A stretch of 64,000 bases of DNA from the human T2T-CHM13v2.0 reference genome, Homo sapiens: NCBI RefSeq assembly GCF_009914755.1, contig NC_060932.1; one strand, given 5' to 3'. Shown piece after piece: positions 43,522 through 56,688 of the stretch (position 1 is its first letter; the number at the start of each line of letters is the position of its first letter). A model generated the notes under the pieces. It was not told the DNA's origin, did no database searches, and worked only from the letters and a program-made list of their open reading frames with translations. Both the position numbers and the translations under genes were made by a program.

Positions 43522-43757
43522 TAATTTGTTCATTGTACACAATTCAAATATTTTTCTCCACTCTGTTTTTAAACAATGTTTATGTGTCTTTTGTCATACA
43601 GAACATTTTATTTAAACTTTTTCAATTTTACTAAGCTTTCCTTATATGGTTTACGGGTTCCATTTTGTTTTAGGCATCTTTCCCTATCCTGATATCAGAT
43701 AAATATTCTTACATGTTATCGTATAAACGTTTTATAGTTTTGCCTTTCCCGTGTAGA

Positions 43758-44062
43758 TTTTTTGTTTTTTTTTTTTGAGACAGGTTCTTACTTCCATCAC
43801 CCATGTTGGAGTGCAGTGGCATGATCATGGCTCATTGTAGCCTCAACTTCCTGGGCTCAGGTGAACTTCCCACCTCAGCCTCCTGAGTAGGGGGGACTAC
43901 AGGTATGCACTACCATGCCCAGCTAATTTTTTGTGTGTTTTCAGTAGAGACGGGGTTTTCCCATGTTGCCCAGGCTGGTCTCAAACTCCTGGGCTCAAGC
44001 AATCCGCCCGCCTTGGCCTCTCAAAGTGCTGGGATTACAGGTGTGAGCCAGCATGCCCAGCC
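43758..44062 (-). mobile_element. AluJ
   Basis: Full dimer; TSD TCCCGTGTAGATT / TCCCATGTAGATT. Confidence 0.93.
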
Positions 44063-45193
44063 TCCCATGTAGATTGTTAATCTATTACGATTATTTTTTG
44101 AGTAAAAGATGTGATAGGAATTGAATAAAAATTCTCCAAACTTATTAACTAGAGCTTTTGCTTTGATTCATAGTATAGCTTCTGTTATATATCAAGTTCC
44201 CATATATAATGGTCTGTTTCTAGGCTATTCTTTTCCAAGTTTGTGTATTCTTTAAGAAAGTCCATACTTTAACAAACTATTATAGCTTTATGCTAAGTCT
44301 TTCTATTTGGAAAGGAATACTCCTTCTCCCTTCTTCCACCTTATTCTTCTTCAAAATTGTATCTTACTTTCCCCAAATGAGTTACAAGACTTGTCAACTT
44401 CTTTGAAAAATGTGGTTAGTTGCATGATTAGAATAGCACTCGATTTACAGGTCTTTTGGGGGAAAATTATCATTGTTATATGACATTGGGTTTTTCCATT
44501 TATAAATCATAGTATTTTTCTCCTTTATCCTTTTAAAAAGTAGTTATAATTTTTCTCAATGCAGATCTTGTATATCCCTTGTTCTATTTATTCCTAGGTA
44601 CCTTGTAGTTTGGTTGCACTTTGAATGAGATTTTAAAAAGGCATCATTCCTAACAGATTTTTGCAGGTGTGTAGTAAACCATTAACTTTTATCTAGCAAT
44701 CTTGCTAAAGAACTTATTAGTTTTAATGATTTGTCTATAGATACTCTTGGATTTTTAATGTAGGTAATTATATCATCTATGAAAACATATAATTTTGTCT
44801 GTTCTTCAAAGTATTATTTCTTTTTCTTGTGCAGTTGTGTTGGCCAGTGTTTTTGTCTTGATGCAGCTGTGTACTTGCAACAAATCAGCTCTGTGTTTTC
44901 AAATGACCAGTTGGAATCAGGTGTTTTCTCTGTTTATAGTCTGCAGTAGCCTGACTGTTACAGAACTCTGGAAGATGGCCTAGGTCCTGGGCACATTATT
45001 TAACTACCTATGACTTAGTATCCTAATTTATAAAATAGAGATAATAATAGAACCTTCTTGATCAGGGCTGTTTTGATGACTGAATTAATATTTATAAAAG
45101 CCTTAAAACTGTGTCTGACATGTATAAAGAGCTCAACAGATCCTATCAATCACTACTACTACTGCTAGTACTGCTACATAAGAATGACATTGG

Positions 45194-45440
45194 CTTTGGG
45201 AGGCCGAGGCGGGTGGATCATAAGGTCAGGAGACCAAGACCATCCTGGCCAACATGGTGAAACCCCCGTCTCTACTGAAATACAGAAAATTAGTTGGGTG
45301 CGGTGGCACATGCCTGTAATCCCAGCTACATGGGAGGCTGAGGCAGGGTAATCACTTGAACCCAGAAGGCAGAGGTTGCAGTGAGCCAAGATTGCACCAC
45401 TTTACTCCAGCCTGGTGACAGAGCAAGACTCCATCTCACA

Positions 45441-45471
<31 letters not shown>
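45194..45471 (+). mobile_element. AluSc-like, 5'-truncated, (CA)n(A)n tail
   Basis: Perfect 16-bp TSD AAGAATGACATTGGCT on both sides. Confidence 0.95.
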
Positions 45472-45473
<2 letters not shown>

Positions 45474-45495
45474 GAATGACATTGGCTAACAAGCA

Positions 45496-45737
45496 CGTAG
45501 TAGGTATACACATTTATGGGGTACATGTATTTTGATAGAGGCAGGCAATGCATAGTAATCACAACATAGAAAATGGGGTATCCATCCCCTCAAGCATTTA
45601 TCCTTTGTGTTACAATCTATTATACTCTTTTAGTTATTTAAAATGTGCAATTAAATTATTTGTTACTATAGTCACCCTGTTGTGCTAGTAAATACTAGGC
45701 CTTTCTCATACTTTTTAACTATTTTTTTGTACCCATC
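45496..45737 (-). mobile_element. L1MA (MA2/MA3-like) 3' end fragment
   Basis: catttatggggtacatg...tggggtatccatcccctcaagcatttatcctttgtgttaca. Confidence 0.8.
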
Positions 45738-46117
45738 TATCCACTTTTGATATTAAGATTTTGCAACCTTCATAAAATGAGTTCTTTAGTTTTCATTCTC
45801 TTTCTATTCTTTTAAGTGTGTTAATGTAAAAATAGGAATAATCTGTTTTTTAAAATTTTGGCAAAACTCACATTTGTAACCGGTTAAGCCTGGAGATTTT
45901 CTGACATTGATGGCTGATTTAATTATTTAATGCTTGATGTCCATTCATATTTTAAAATGTCTTTTGGAGTTAATTTTGGTAATTCCCATTTTCTAGTTGT
46001 CAAATTTATTGGCATAAAATTGTTCATAGTATCTTTTTTGATGTCTTAAAGCTTTACTATACCTGTTATGACCAATTCTCTCATAGAAAGAGTAAAATCT
46101 GTTCTGTTAGTTTATTT

Positions 46118-46416
46118 CTTTTTATTTATTTATTTTTGAGACGGAGTCTCTCTCTGTCACCAGGCTGGAGTGCAGTGGCACAATCCCGGCTCACTGCAAC
46201 CTCTGACTCCCTGGTTCAAGTGATTCTCTTGCCTCAGCCTCCCAAGTACCTAGGATTACAGGCATACGCCACCACGTCCAGCTAATTTTTGTATTTTTAG
46301 TAGAGCCGGGGTTTCACCATGTTGGCCAGGATGGTCTCGATCTCCTGACCTCGTGATTCGCCCACCTCGGCCTCCCAAAATGCTAGGAATGCAGGCGTGA
46401 GCCACAGCGCCCGGCC
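46118..46416 (-). mobile_element. AluSc-like
   Basis: Full dimer; TSD TGTTAGTTTATTT / TGCTAGTTTATTT. Confidence 0.94.
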
Positions 46417-47350
46417 CTGCTAGTTTATTTCAAAGATTTAGCTTTTGCTTTCATTTCTCTAATTTCTTCTTAATTTCATCATTTTTCATTATTGCCTTTT
46501 ACTTTCTTTGGGTTAACTGTGCTGTATTACTAAATCCTAGAGTCATATGCTTAGCTCATTAATTTCCATTTCTTCCTAATGCATACACTTAAGCATATAC
46601 ATTCCCTTTAAATACTGATTTTGTGGCATCCCATGGAGTACTACATGTTTGGTTTAAAGAGTCACCAAGGATTATAATAAAAGAGTCACTTCCCTTCTTA
46701 ACATCCTTACCCTAATCTTACTCCACAGAGACGACTATTTTTAAAACATTTTTAGCTATTTCTTTTGGAGCCTATTGCTTTATTTCTAATTAACATGATA
46801 TAATTTCATTTCTATTTATTTATTTCTCCACCACATGAGCTATTTTCATTTCTTGATATTGGAGTTTAAATATGATCTACTGACTTCCTACTACGGAAGA
46901 TGGGATTTGTCCCCACAGCTTTCCCCTTCCTCCATCTGTTAATAGAGCCTTGTCTCCATTTTGCAGTAAATCAATATTCAGAGTTTGCATTATTATATAG
47001 ATATATAGGTATAATTCACAGAAGAGCTATGTAGTATGCTGTGATTACATTTCCTGTTTTGCCACCTTTTTCCTTTCAAAAGTTAATAATGGGCTTTTAT
47101 TTTTTTTTTAGTTTTCCATTTTCTTATCACTCTTTCATCCCTAAGGCCGCCTCTATAATTCAAATCTTCTCCCACTGTGGTCATACACATTTTGTATTCG
47201 ATTGCTTGTAACTCTTTCCCAGAGGTAACCCTCCTAGCATCCTCTGTCCGATCCTTCCAAATCCTTTCAATCTGGACTTGTGCTTTACGCCTGCTGTGCA
47301 GCTCCCGTCTTGGGATTTCCCTTCACTGTCATGCTGGGGAGTCCATCTGC

Positions 47351-47633
47351 CTTTTTTTTTGTTGTTGTTGTTGAGAGGGAGTCTCACTCTGTTGCCCAGG
47401 CTGGAGCTCACTGCAACCTCCACCTCCTGGGTTCAAACGATTCTCCTGCCTCAGCCTCCCAAGTAGCTGGGACTACAGGTGCCTGCCACCACGCCCGGCT
47501 AATTTTTGTATTTTTAGTAGAGATGGGGTTTCACCATGTTGGCCAGGCTGGTCTCGAAATCCTGACCTTGTGACCCACCCGTCTTGGCCTCCCAAAGTGC
47601 TGGGATTACAGGTGTGAGCCACTGCGCCCAGCC
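47351..47633 (-). mobile_element. AluS with internal deletion
   Basis: TSD CATCTGCCTTT on both sides. Confidence 0.93.
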
Positions 47634-48312
47634 CATCTGCCTTTCTTCAGGGTTCATGTCACTGATTTTTTGGTGCCTGCACCTCCCCCGTTGTTAATGC
47701 TGTTATTTTGGTGGAGCACATTCTGCAGTAGCTTTCTGAGAATGGGTGCATAATATTTTGGATCACTTTATGTAATTCTTAAACATTTCTGAAATATTTT
47801 GGCATTTTTACTCATCTGTATTATTCTGGAGATTTGTCATAATGTGCTTTGGTGTGGGTCCTTTTCCTTTATTGTCCTGGGAACTTCGTAAGTCCTTCCA
47901 ATTTGGAAACTCATATTGTTACAGAGTAGGGAAATTTCTATAATTCTATGATAATACTCTCACTTTTCTTTCTCCTTTAGGTGTTTATGGAAAAACTAGG
48001 ATGAGATGTTGGATCTCCTGAATTTATCCTCTGCATCTCTTCGCCTTTCTCTCTTATTTTCCATCATCTCTGTGTGTGTTTATGTATCTTTCATCTTTAA
48101 GTCTAAATATAATTTTTCTTATGATTTCTTCTTTGATCCATGAGTTATTTAGAAGAATCTTTTATCATTTCTAAAGTATATGTGTGCATGTTTGGGTAAG
48201 TTATTGGAAATCTTTCTATCATTGATTTTTAATTTTATTGCATTTTGATCAGATAATGTGGTCAATATATAATTTTAAAAATACTTGTTGAATTTTCTTT
48301 TGACTTAATTTT

Positions 48313-48659
<347 letters not shown>

Positions 48660-48734
48660 TGATGTAAATGGAGTCACATGATATGACATCTCCTGGGTCT
48701 GGCTTCTTTCACTTAGAAAAAAGCACTTTAGATG

Positions 48735-48927
48735 AGACACATGGACATGTAGAGGGGAACACACAGTGGGGCCTATTGGAGGGTGAAGGGTGAGAGGAGG
48801 GACAGGATGAGGAAAAATAACTAGGATTAATACCTGGGTGATGAAATAATCTGTGCAACAGACCCAAGTTTGCCTATATAACAAATCTGCATATGTACCC
48901 CTGAACTTAAAATAAAAGTTAAAAAAA
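48735..48927 (+). mobile_element. Short L1PA (PA12-15-like) 3' end
   Basis: gacacatggacat...gaggaaaaataact...cccctgaacttaaaataaaagtt; TSD AGAAAAAAGCACTTTAGAT / AGAAAAATGCATTTAAGAT. Confidence 0.88.
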
Positions 48928-49599
48928 GAAAAATGCATTTAAGATTTACCCATGTTGTTGCATGAATCAATACTGTTTTCCTTTTTATTGCTGAGTAGCA
49001 TTCTATTGTGTGGACATGCCACAGATTGTTGATCCAGTCACCTTTTGAAGCATATCTAGGTTGTTTCCAGTTTGGGGATATTATGAATAAAGTTGTTATA
49101 AACTTTTGCGTAGAAGTTTTTAGGCAAACATATGTTTGCATTTCACTTGGGTAAATACCTAAAAATTGTATTTCTGGGTCATATGGCAAGTGTATGTTTA
49201 ATTTTATAAGCGACTGTTAAATTGTTTTCCAAAATGGCCATACGATCTGCATTCCCACCCGCAAAAAGCAGGGGTTCCCATCGCTCTGTATTCTCCCCAG
49301 TCTTGGCATTGTTAGTTTTTTAAAAAAATTTTAGCCATTCTAGATATGTGGTGGTAACTCTTTGTGGTTGTATTTTACTTTTCTTAGTGACTACTGATGT
49401 TGGATTTTTTTTTCTAAAATTTGTTATCTGTTTATCTTTGGAGAAGTATGTTTTCATTTAAAAAGTGTGGATTATTTCTAATTGCTGAGCTTTAAGAGTT
49501 CTTTATATATATATTATCATCAGATGAAGCTTCTTAATGGGAAAAATCCTCCACACTTTACTAATTTGTTTCCATCTTGATCTTATCATTTTGATCTAT

Positions 49600-50736
49600 A
49601 TGTGTGTGTGTGTGTGTGTGTGTATGTGTGTGTGTATATATATATAATATATATTCTAACTTTAATTTTAAGTTCTGGTGTACATGTGCAGGTTTGTTAC
49701 ACAGGTAAATGTGTGCCATGGTGGTTTGCTGCACCTATCAACATATCACTTAAGTATTAAGCCATTTATGCCTAGTGTTCCATTATTGGAACACAAGCTT
49801 GTTGGAGTTGTTTATATCCTACTGCTCATGGTCATCACCGAGGTCTGATTTTTCACACAAAAAATCTGCAACCTCTGGCATAAATGGGTTAAGCCCTGAA
49901 TGCATTAGCTGTTTTTCCTAATGCTCTTCCTCCCCCGACCCCACTCCCTGACAGGCTCCAGTGTGTGTTGTTCCCTTCTCTGTGCCCATGTGTTCTCATT
50001 GTTCAGCTCCCACTTACAAGTGATAAGATACGGCATTTAGTTTTTTGTTCCTTAATTACTTTGCTAAGGATCATGGCTTCCAGCTCCACCCATGTCCCTG
50101 CAAAGGACATAATCTTGTTCCTTTTTATGGCTGCATAGTATTTCATGGTGTATACACACCACATTTTCTTTATCCAGTCTATCATTGATAGGCATTTTGG
50201 TTGATTCCATGTCTTTGCTATTGTGAATAGTGCTGCAATGAACATACACATTCGTGTATCTTTGTAACATAATGATCTGTAATCTTTTGGGTATATACCC
50301 AGTAATGGGATTGCTGGGTCAAATGTTATTTCTGGTTCTAGATCTTTGAGGATTGCCACACCGTCTTCCTCAATGGTTGAACTAATTTACATTCCCACCA
50401 ACAGCGTAAAAGCATTCCCATTTCTCCACAACCTCAACAGCATCTGCTGTTTCTTGACTTTTTAACAACTGCCATTCTAACTGGCGTAAGAAGCTATCTC
50501 TTTGTGTTTTTGGTTTGCATTTTTCTAATGATCAGCAACGTTGAGCTTTTTTTCATATGTTTATTGTCTGCATGAATGTTTGTTCATGTCCTTTGCCCAC
50601 TTTTTAATGAGGTTGTTTTTTTCTTATAAATTTATTTAAGTTCCTTGTAGATTCTGGATATTAGACCTTTGTCAGATGGATAGATTGCAAAATTTTTCTC
50701 CCACTCTGTAGGTTGCCTGTTTGCTCTGAGGATAGT
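49600..50736 (-). mobile_element. L1PA (PA8-PA10-like) 3' end with a (TG)n/(TA)n tail, interrupted by MER85
   Basis: ORF2 C-terminus 50003-50359 ([21 protein letters not shown]); L1PA 3' UTR. Confidence 0.92.
49761..49888 (+). mobile_element. MER85 piggyBac (PGBD3) MITE
   Basis: TTAA TSDs (49757-49760, 49889-49892); TIRs gccatttatgcc / ggcataaatggg; internal palindrome GTTCCATTATTGGAAC (49777-49792). Confidence 0.95.
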
Positions 50737-53473
50737 TTCTTTATGTATTTTAACACAAGTCTTGTATCAGATATGGGATTTATAAATATCTTTCTCCAAG
50801 TCTGTAGCTTATCTTTTCATTCTCTTAACACTGTGTTTGACAGAGCAATGTTTTCAGTTTTTAAAAAGTCCATTTTATAAACTTTTCTTTTGTGGGTCAA
50901 GCTTTTAGTTTCACATCTAAAAACTTGTTACCAAACCCAAGGTAACACAGATTTTTCTCCTACATCTCTTCTAGAAGTTTTAAGGTTTTAAATTTTGAAT
51001 TAGGTTAATGATCTATTTTGAGTTAATTTTTGTATAAGGCATGAGTTTTTTTACACATGGCTGACCAACTGTTCTAGCAACATTTGTTGAAAAGATAAAA
51101 CTTTCTTCATTGACTTGAGTTTGTACCTTTGCCAAAAATCAATTGACTATATTTGTGTCTATTTCCAAGATTTTTATTCTGTTTCATTTTCATATGTATC
51201 TATCCTTTAGCCAATATCATATGGTTAGATAACTGTAGCTTTATAATGAATTTTGAAATCAGGTAGAGTCCTTCAACTTTGTTCTTTTTCCAAAGAACTT
51301 TGTTTTGGCTTTTCTAGTTCCTTTGCTTTTCCATATACGTTTTAGAATTAGTTTGTCTATATTTACAAAGAAGCTTGCTGGAATTTTGATTTTGATGTAC
51401 TGAATCTGTACATCAACTGGATAAAATAGATACCTTAACAATATTGAGTCTTTCAGTCCATAAATATAGCATATCTCTCTGTTTACTTAAATCTTCTTTA
51501 ATTCTTTCATTAGTGTTTTATACTTTTCTGTATACAGACCCTGTACATATTTTGTTAGATTTAAGTATTTGCATATTTAAGGACATATTTAAGTGTTTCA
51601 ATTTTGGTGCTATTACACTTGGTTGTACTGTTTTTCGCATTTTAAATTTCAGTTGGTCATTGCTGTATGTAGGAAGACAATTGGCTCTTCTATATTGGCC
51701 ACGTATCCTGTGACCTTGTTAAACTCACTTTTTAGTTCTGAGAGATGTTTTTGTAGATTCTTGGGATTGTCTTTTTAAACAATCATGTCAATTGAGAATA
51801 GGGGCAATTTTATTTCTTCCCTTTCTCTTTGTGTGACTTTTATTTCTTTTTCTTTACTTACTGAAAAGGACAGGAATTCCAGTATGGTATCAAACAAATG
51901 TGGTGAGAGAAGATAGCCTGTCCTTGTTCTCATCTTATGGAGAAAGCATTCCATTTTCTACCACTGAGGTTAGTTGCAGGTTTTATAGTTTTATGTATAT
52001 ATGTATATAGTATGTAGTGTCTTTCATAAGATTAAGGACATTCCTTTCTAATTCTAGTTTGCTGAGACTTTTTACTATGAAGTAATGCTAAATTTTGTCA
52101 AATGCTGGCTTTAGAATCAATTGAGATGATTGTAAGGGTTTTCTTCCTTAGTTTCTTAATATCATGAATTATATTACTTGATTTTCAAATATTGAAGCAG
52201 CCTCACATTCCTGGGATAAATTCTGCTAGATTAGGATGTGTAATCCTTTTTCTATTAATATATTGCTGGGCTCAATCTGTTGAAGAAATTTATATCTAAG
52301 GTTTGATATAATAATGGTTTGCAATTTTCTTTTACTGTCTTTTGTTTCAAATTAGATTAGTTCTGGCCTCACAAAATGACTTGGAATGTTTTCCCTTCTT
52401 TTATTTGCTGGAGAAGACTGATAGATTTGTTCTTATTTCTTCCCTAAATATTGGTAGATTTCACCAAGGAAATCATCTATGCCTGGAGTTTCCTGTGTGG
52501 GAAGGTTTTCAGTTACAATTCAATTTCTTTAATAGACATAGTGTTATTCAAGTTCTCTATTTCTTCTCAGTGAGTTTTGGTGGTTTATGTCCTTTAGAAA
52601 ATTGGCCTATTTCATCTAAGATGTTGAATTTATGGAGGGTATACAGCTGTTAATTGTATTCTCTTATTATTCCTTTGATGTCAGTGAGGCAAAAAATGAA
52701 GTTCTACTCTTTTATTCTTGGTATTGTTATTTATATCTGCTCTCTTTTCTTCTTAGACTCACTAGAGGCTTATCAATTTTATTGAGAATCAGCTTTTGGT
52801 TTCATTGGTTTTCTCTATTGTTTTCCTGTTTTCAATTTCATTGATTTCTGTTCTCATCCTTATTATTTCATTTCTCTGCTTGCTTTGGGTTTAACTTACT
52901 ATTCTTTTTCTAATTCCTTAAGATAAAAACTTAGGGTACTGACTTTAGATCTTTGTTCTTTCCTAACATAAACATTCATTGCTGTAAATTCTCTTTGAGC
53001 ACTATTTCAGCTGCACTCGCAAATTTTGTTTTTATTTGCATTCAGTTCAAAGTACTTTCCAATTTTGCTTGGGATTTCCTCTTAGACCTAGTATTATTTA
53101 AAAGTATGTTGTTTAATTTCCATATATTTTGAGGTTCCCCTAATTTCTTTCTGTTATTGATTTTTAGTTTAATTCTGTTATGGTCTGAGAACATACTTTA
53201 CATGATTTCTATTCTTTAACATTTATCAGGGTTTCTTTTATGGCTCAGAATATGGTCCATCTCAGTGACTGTTCCATGTGCTGCTGCTGTGAAGAACATG
53301 TACTCTGCTGCTGATGTTGTTGTTGGGTTGCATGTTTCCTAAATGTCATTAGGTTGGGTGGGTTGATAGGTTTGTTCAGGTTACCTATACACTTAATAAT
53401 TTTCTTTCTATTTGTTTTACCAATTACTAAGACAGAAGTCTTGACTTGTCCAAGTATAATTGTGGATTTGTTT

Positions 53474-53589
53474 ATTCTGCTTTTAAATATATCAAGTTTT
53501 ACCTCTTTTATTTTGAAGCTCTGTTGTTAATTCTACCTTCAAATATATCAACTTTTGTCTATTTTATTTTGAAGGTCTGTTGTTGTTAA
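53474..53589. repeat. Diverged tandem duplication, 2 x about 57 bp
   Basis: aaatatatcaa.tttt....ttttattttgaag.tctgttgtt occurs twice. Confidence 0.8.
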
Positions 53590-54732
53590 TATGTTGTAAA
53601 CATATTTAGGATTGTTTTTCTTCTGGGAAAACTTGCTTGGAAAATTGATAGCTTTATCATTAGTTACTTTCCTGCTTATTTTTGATAATATTTCTTGTGC
53701 TGTAGTGTAATTTGCCTGAAATTAGTATAGTTACTCCAGCTTTCTTTTGGTTAGTGTTTGCATGATATATATTTCTCCATATTTTTTACTTCTATCTATG
53801 TCTTCATTTTAAAGTTGGTTTCTTGTAGACAACATATGGTTGGGTCTTGATTTTTTTCTTCTGGCCCAGTATGACAAATCCTTTTCTTTAAACTGGCTTA
53901 TTTAGATTAGTCATGTTTAGAGTGATTGTTAATAAGGTTAGAATAAAATTTACTATTTACCATCTTGCTATCTGTTTTATTTGTTCCATTTATTCTGTAT
54001 TTTTTCCTTTTTAAATGCTTTCTCTGGGTTTATTGGAAAATCTTTTATTATTCCATTTTACCTTTATTTGATGTTATTTATACCTCTTAATTTTTTTTCT
54101 AAGTTGTGGCCCTAGGGCCCACATGTAATTTTTAAGTAATCATTTGCATTTAAAAACAATCTGAGTCTTCTCTCAATAGTACACCATTGACATATTGTGT
54201 AAGGAACTTATTATAGCATATCCTTAATTCCTCTCTACCATTCTTTGTGCTATTGCTGTCATCTATTTTACTTTTACATAGCTATGAATAGAGACTATAT
54301 TGTTACTATTTTCTTTAAACATAAAAAGTAACTACAGTAAGAAAATAATAAATTCGATCTTAATTCTATATTTTCTATGTATATGCTCTTCATTTATTTG
54401 TGTAGATTCAAGTTTCTGACCTCTATTATATTCCCACAGTGAAGATCTTCTCAGCCTTTGTTGTAGAGTTGAACTGCTGCAATCCTCCTCTGTCTGCAGC
54501 CCCAGGGACTTCCAACTCTGGTTTTATCTCCACACTGGGCCTTCAGCAATTCATCAAAAATTTCTAGCTGAATCTTCTTATTGGCTTATATGGCACCTGA
54601 TGGCATCTACATCTGTTCCAGGTAAGCAAGAATTTGGGTCCTGTTTCTCCCCACAGACAAATCTTCTCTGAAGATTTCTGGTTATTTGTTTGCTCTTGTG
54701 ACCTCAGCTCTCCAATGGAAAAGTCATTCATA

Positions 54733-55445
54733 TGGCTATTATTAAAAAGTAAAAAAATAACAGATGCTGGTGAGGTTGTGGAGAAAACGGAATGCTTATA
54801 TACGGTTGGTAGGAGTGTAAATTAGTTTAACCACTGTGGAAAGCAGTGTACCAATTACTCAAAGACATAAAGACAGAAATACCATTTGACCCAACAATCC
54901 CATAACTGGGTATATACCTAAAGTAATATAAATAATTCTATTATAAAGACACATGCACGTGTATGTTCACTGAAGCACCATTCACAATAGCAAAGACATA
55001 AAATCAACCTAAATGCCCATTGATGATAGACTGGATAAAGAAAATGTGGTACATATACACCATGGAATACTATGTAGCCATAAAAAGGAATGAGATCATG
55101 TCCTTTGCAGGAACATGAATGGAGCTAGAGACCATTATCCTTAGCAAACTAATGCAGGAACAGAAAACCAAATGCCACATGTTCTCACTTACAAGTGGGA
55201 GCTAAATGAAGAACACATGGACACAGGGAGAGGAACAGCACACAGTGTGGCCTATCAGAGGGTGGAGGGTGAGAGGAGAGAGAGGATGAGGAAAAATAAC
55301 TAATGGGTACTAGGATTAGTACCTGGGTGATGAAATAATCTGTACAACAAACCCCCATGACACATATTTACCTATGTAACAAACCTGCACATATACCCCT
55401 GAACTTAAAAGTTAAAAATAAAGAATAAATAATAAAATAAAATAA
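54733..55445 (+). mobile_element. L1PA (PA13-15-like) 3' end
   Basis: atggctattattaaaaag...cagatgctggtgaggttgtggagaaa...cccctgaacttaaaagtt plus A tail; TSD-like AAGTCATTCAT / AATTATTCAT. Confidence 0.92.
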
Positions 55446-55530
55446 ATTATTCATTTGTTATTGTCCAGCATTTTTCTTGTTGTAAGGGTGTGTGTGACAC
55501 TCTTTCCAGCCCTCTATACCTCCACAATGA

Positions 55531-55855
<325 letters not shown>

Positions 55856-56021
55856 AAATCTTTTTTTTAATTTCTGTGTTTCACGTTTTTCTTCCCCAAA
55901 TATCCTCAAGCTTTAAAATACTGTCTTGTATTTTATTATTGTTTATATTTTTTCTTTTACCTGTAAAATAAGCTTAAACTATCTTTTTAATGGTGGCTTT
56001 CAGATTTTTCTATTTCCTCTC

Positions 56022-56350
<329 letters not shown>

Positions 56351-56353
56351 TAA

Positions 56354-56688
<335 letters not shown>

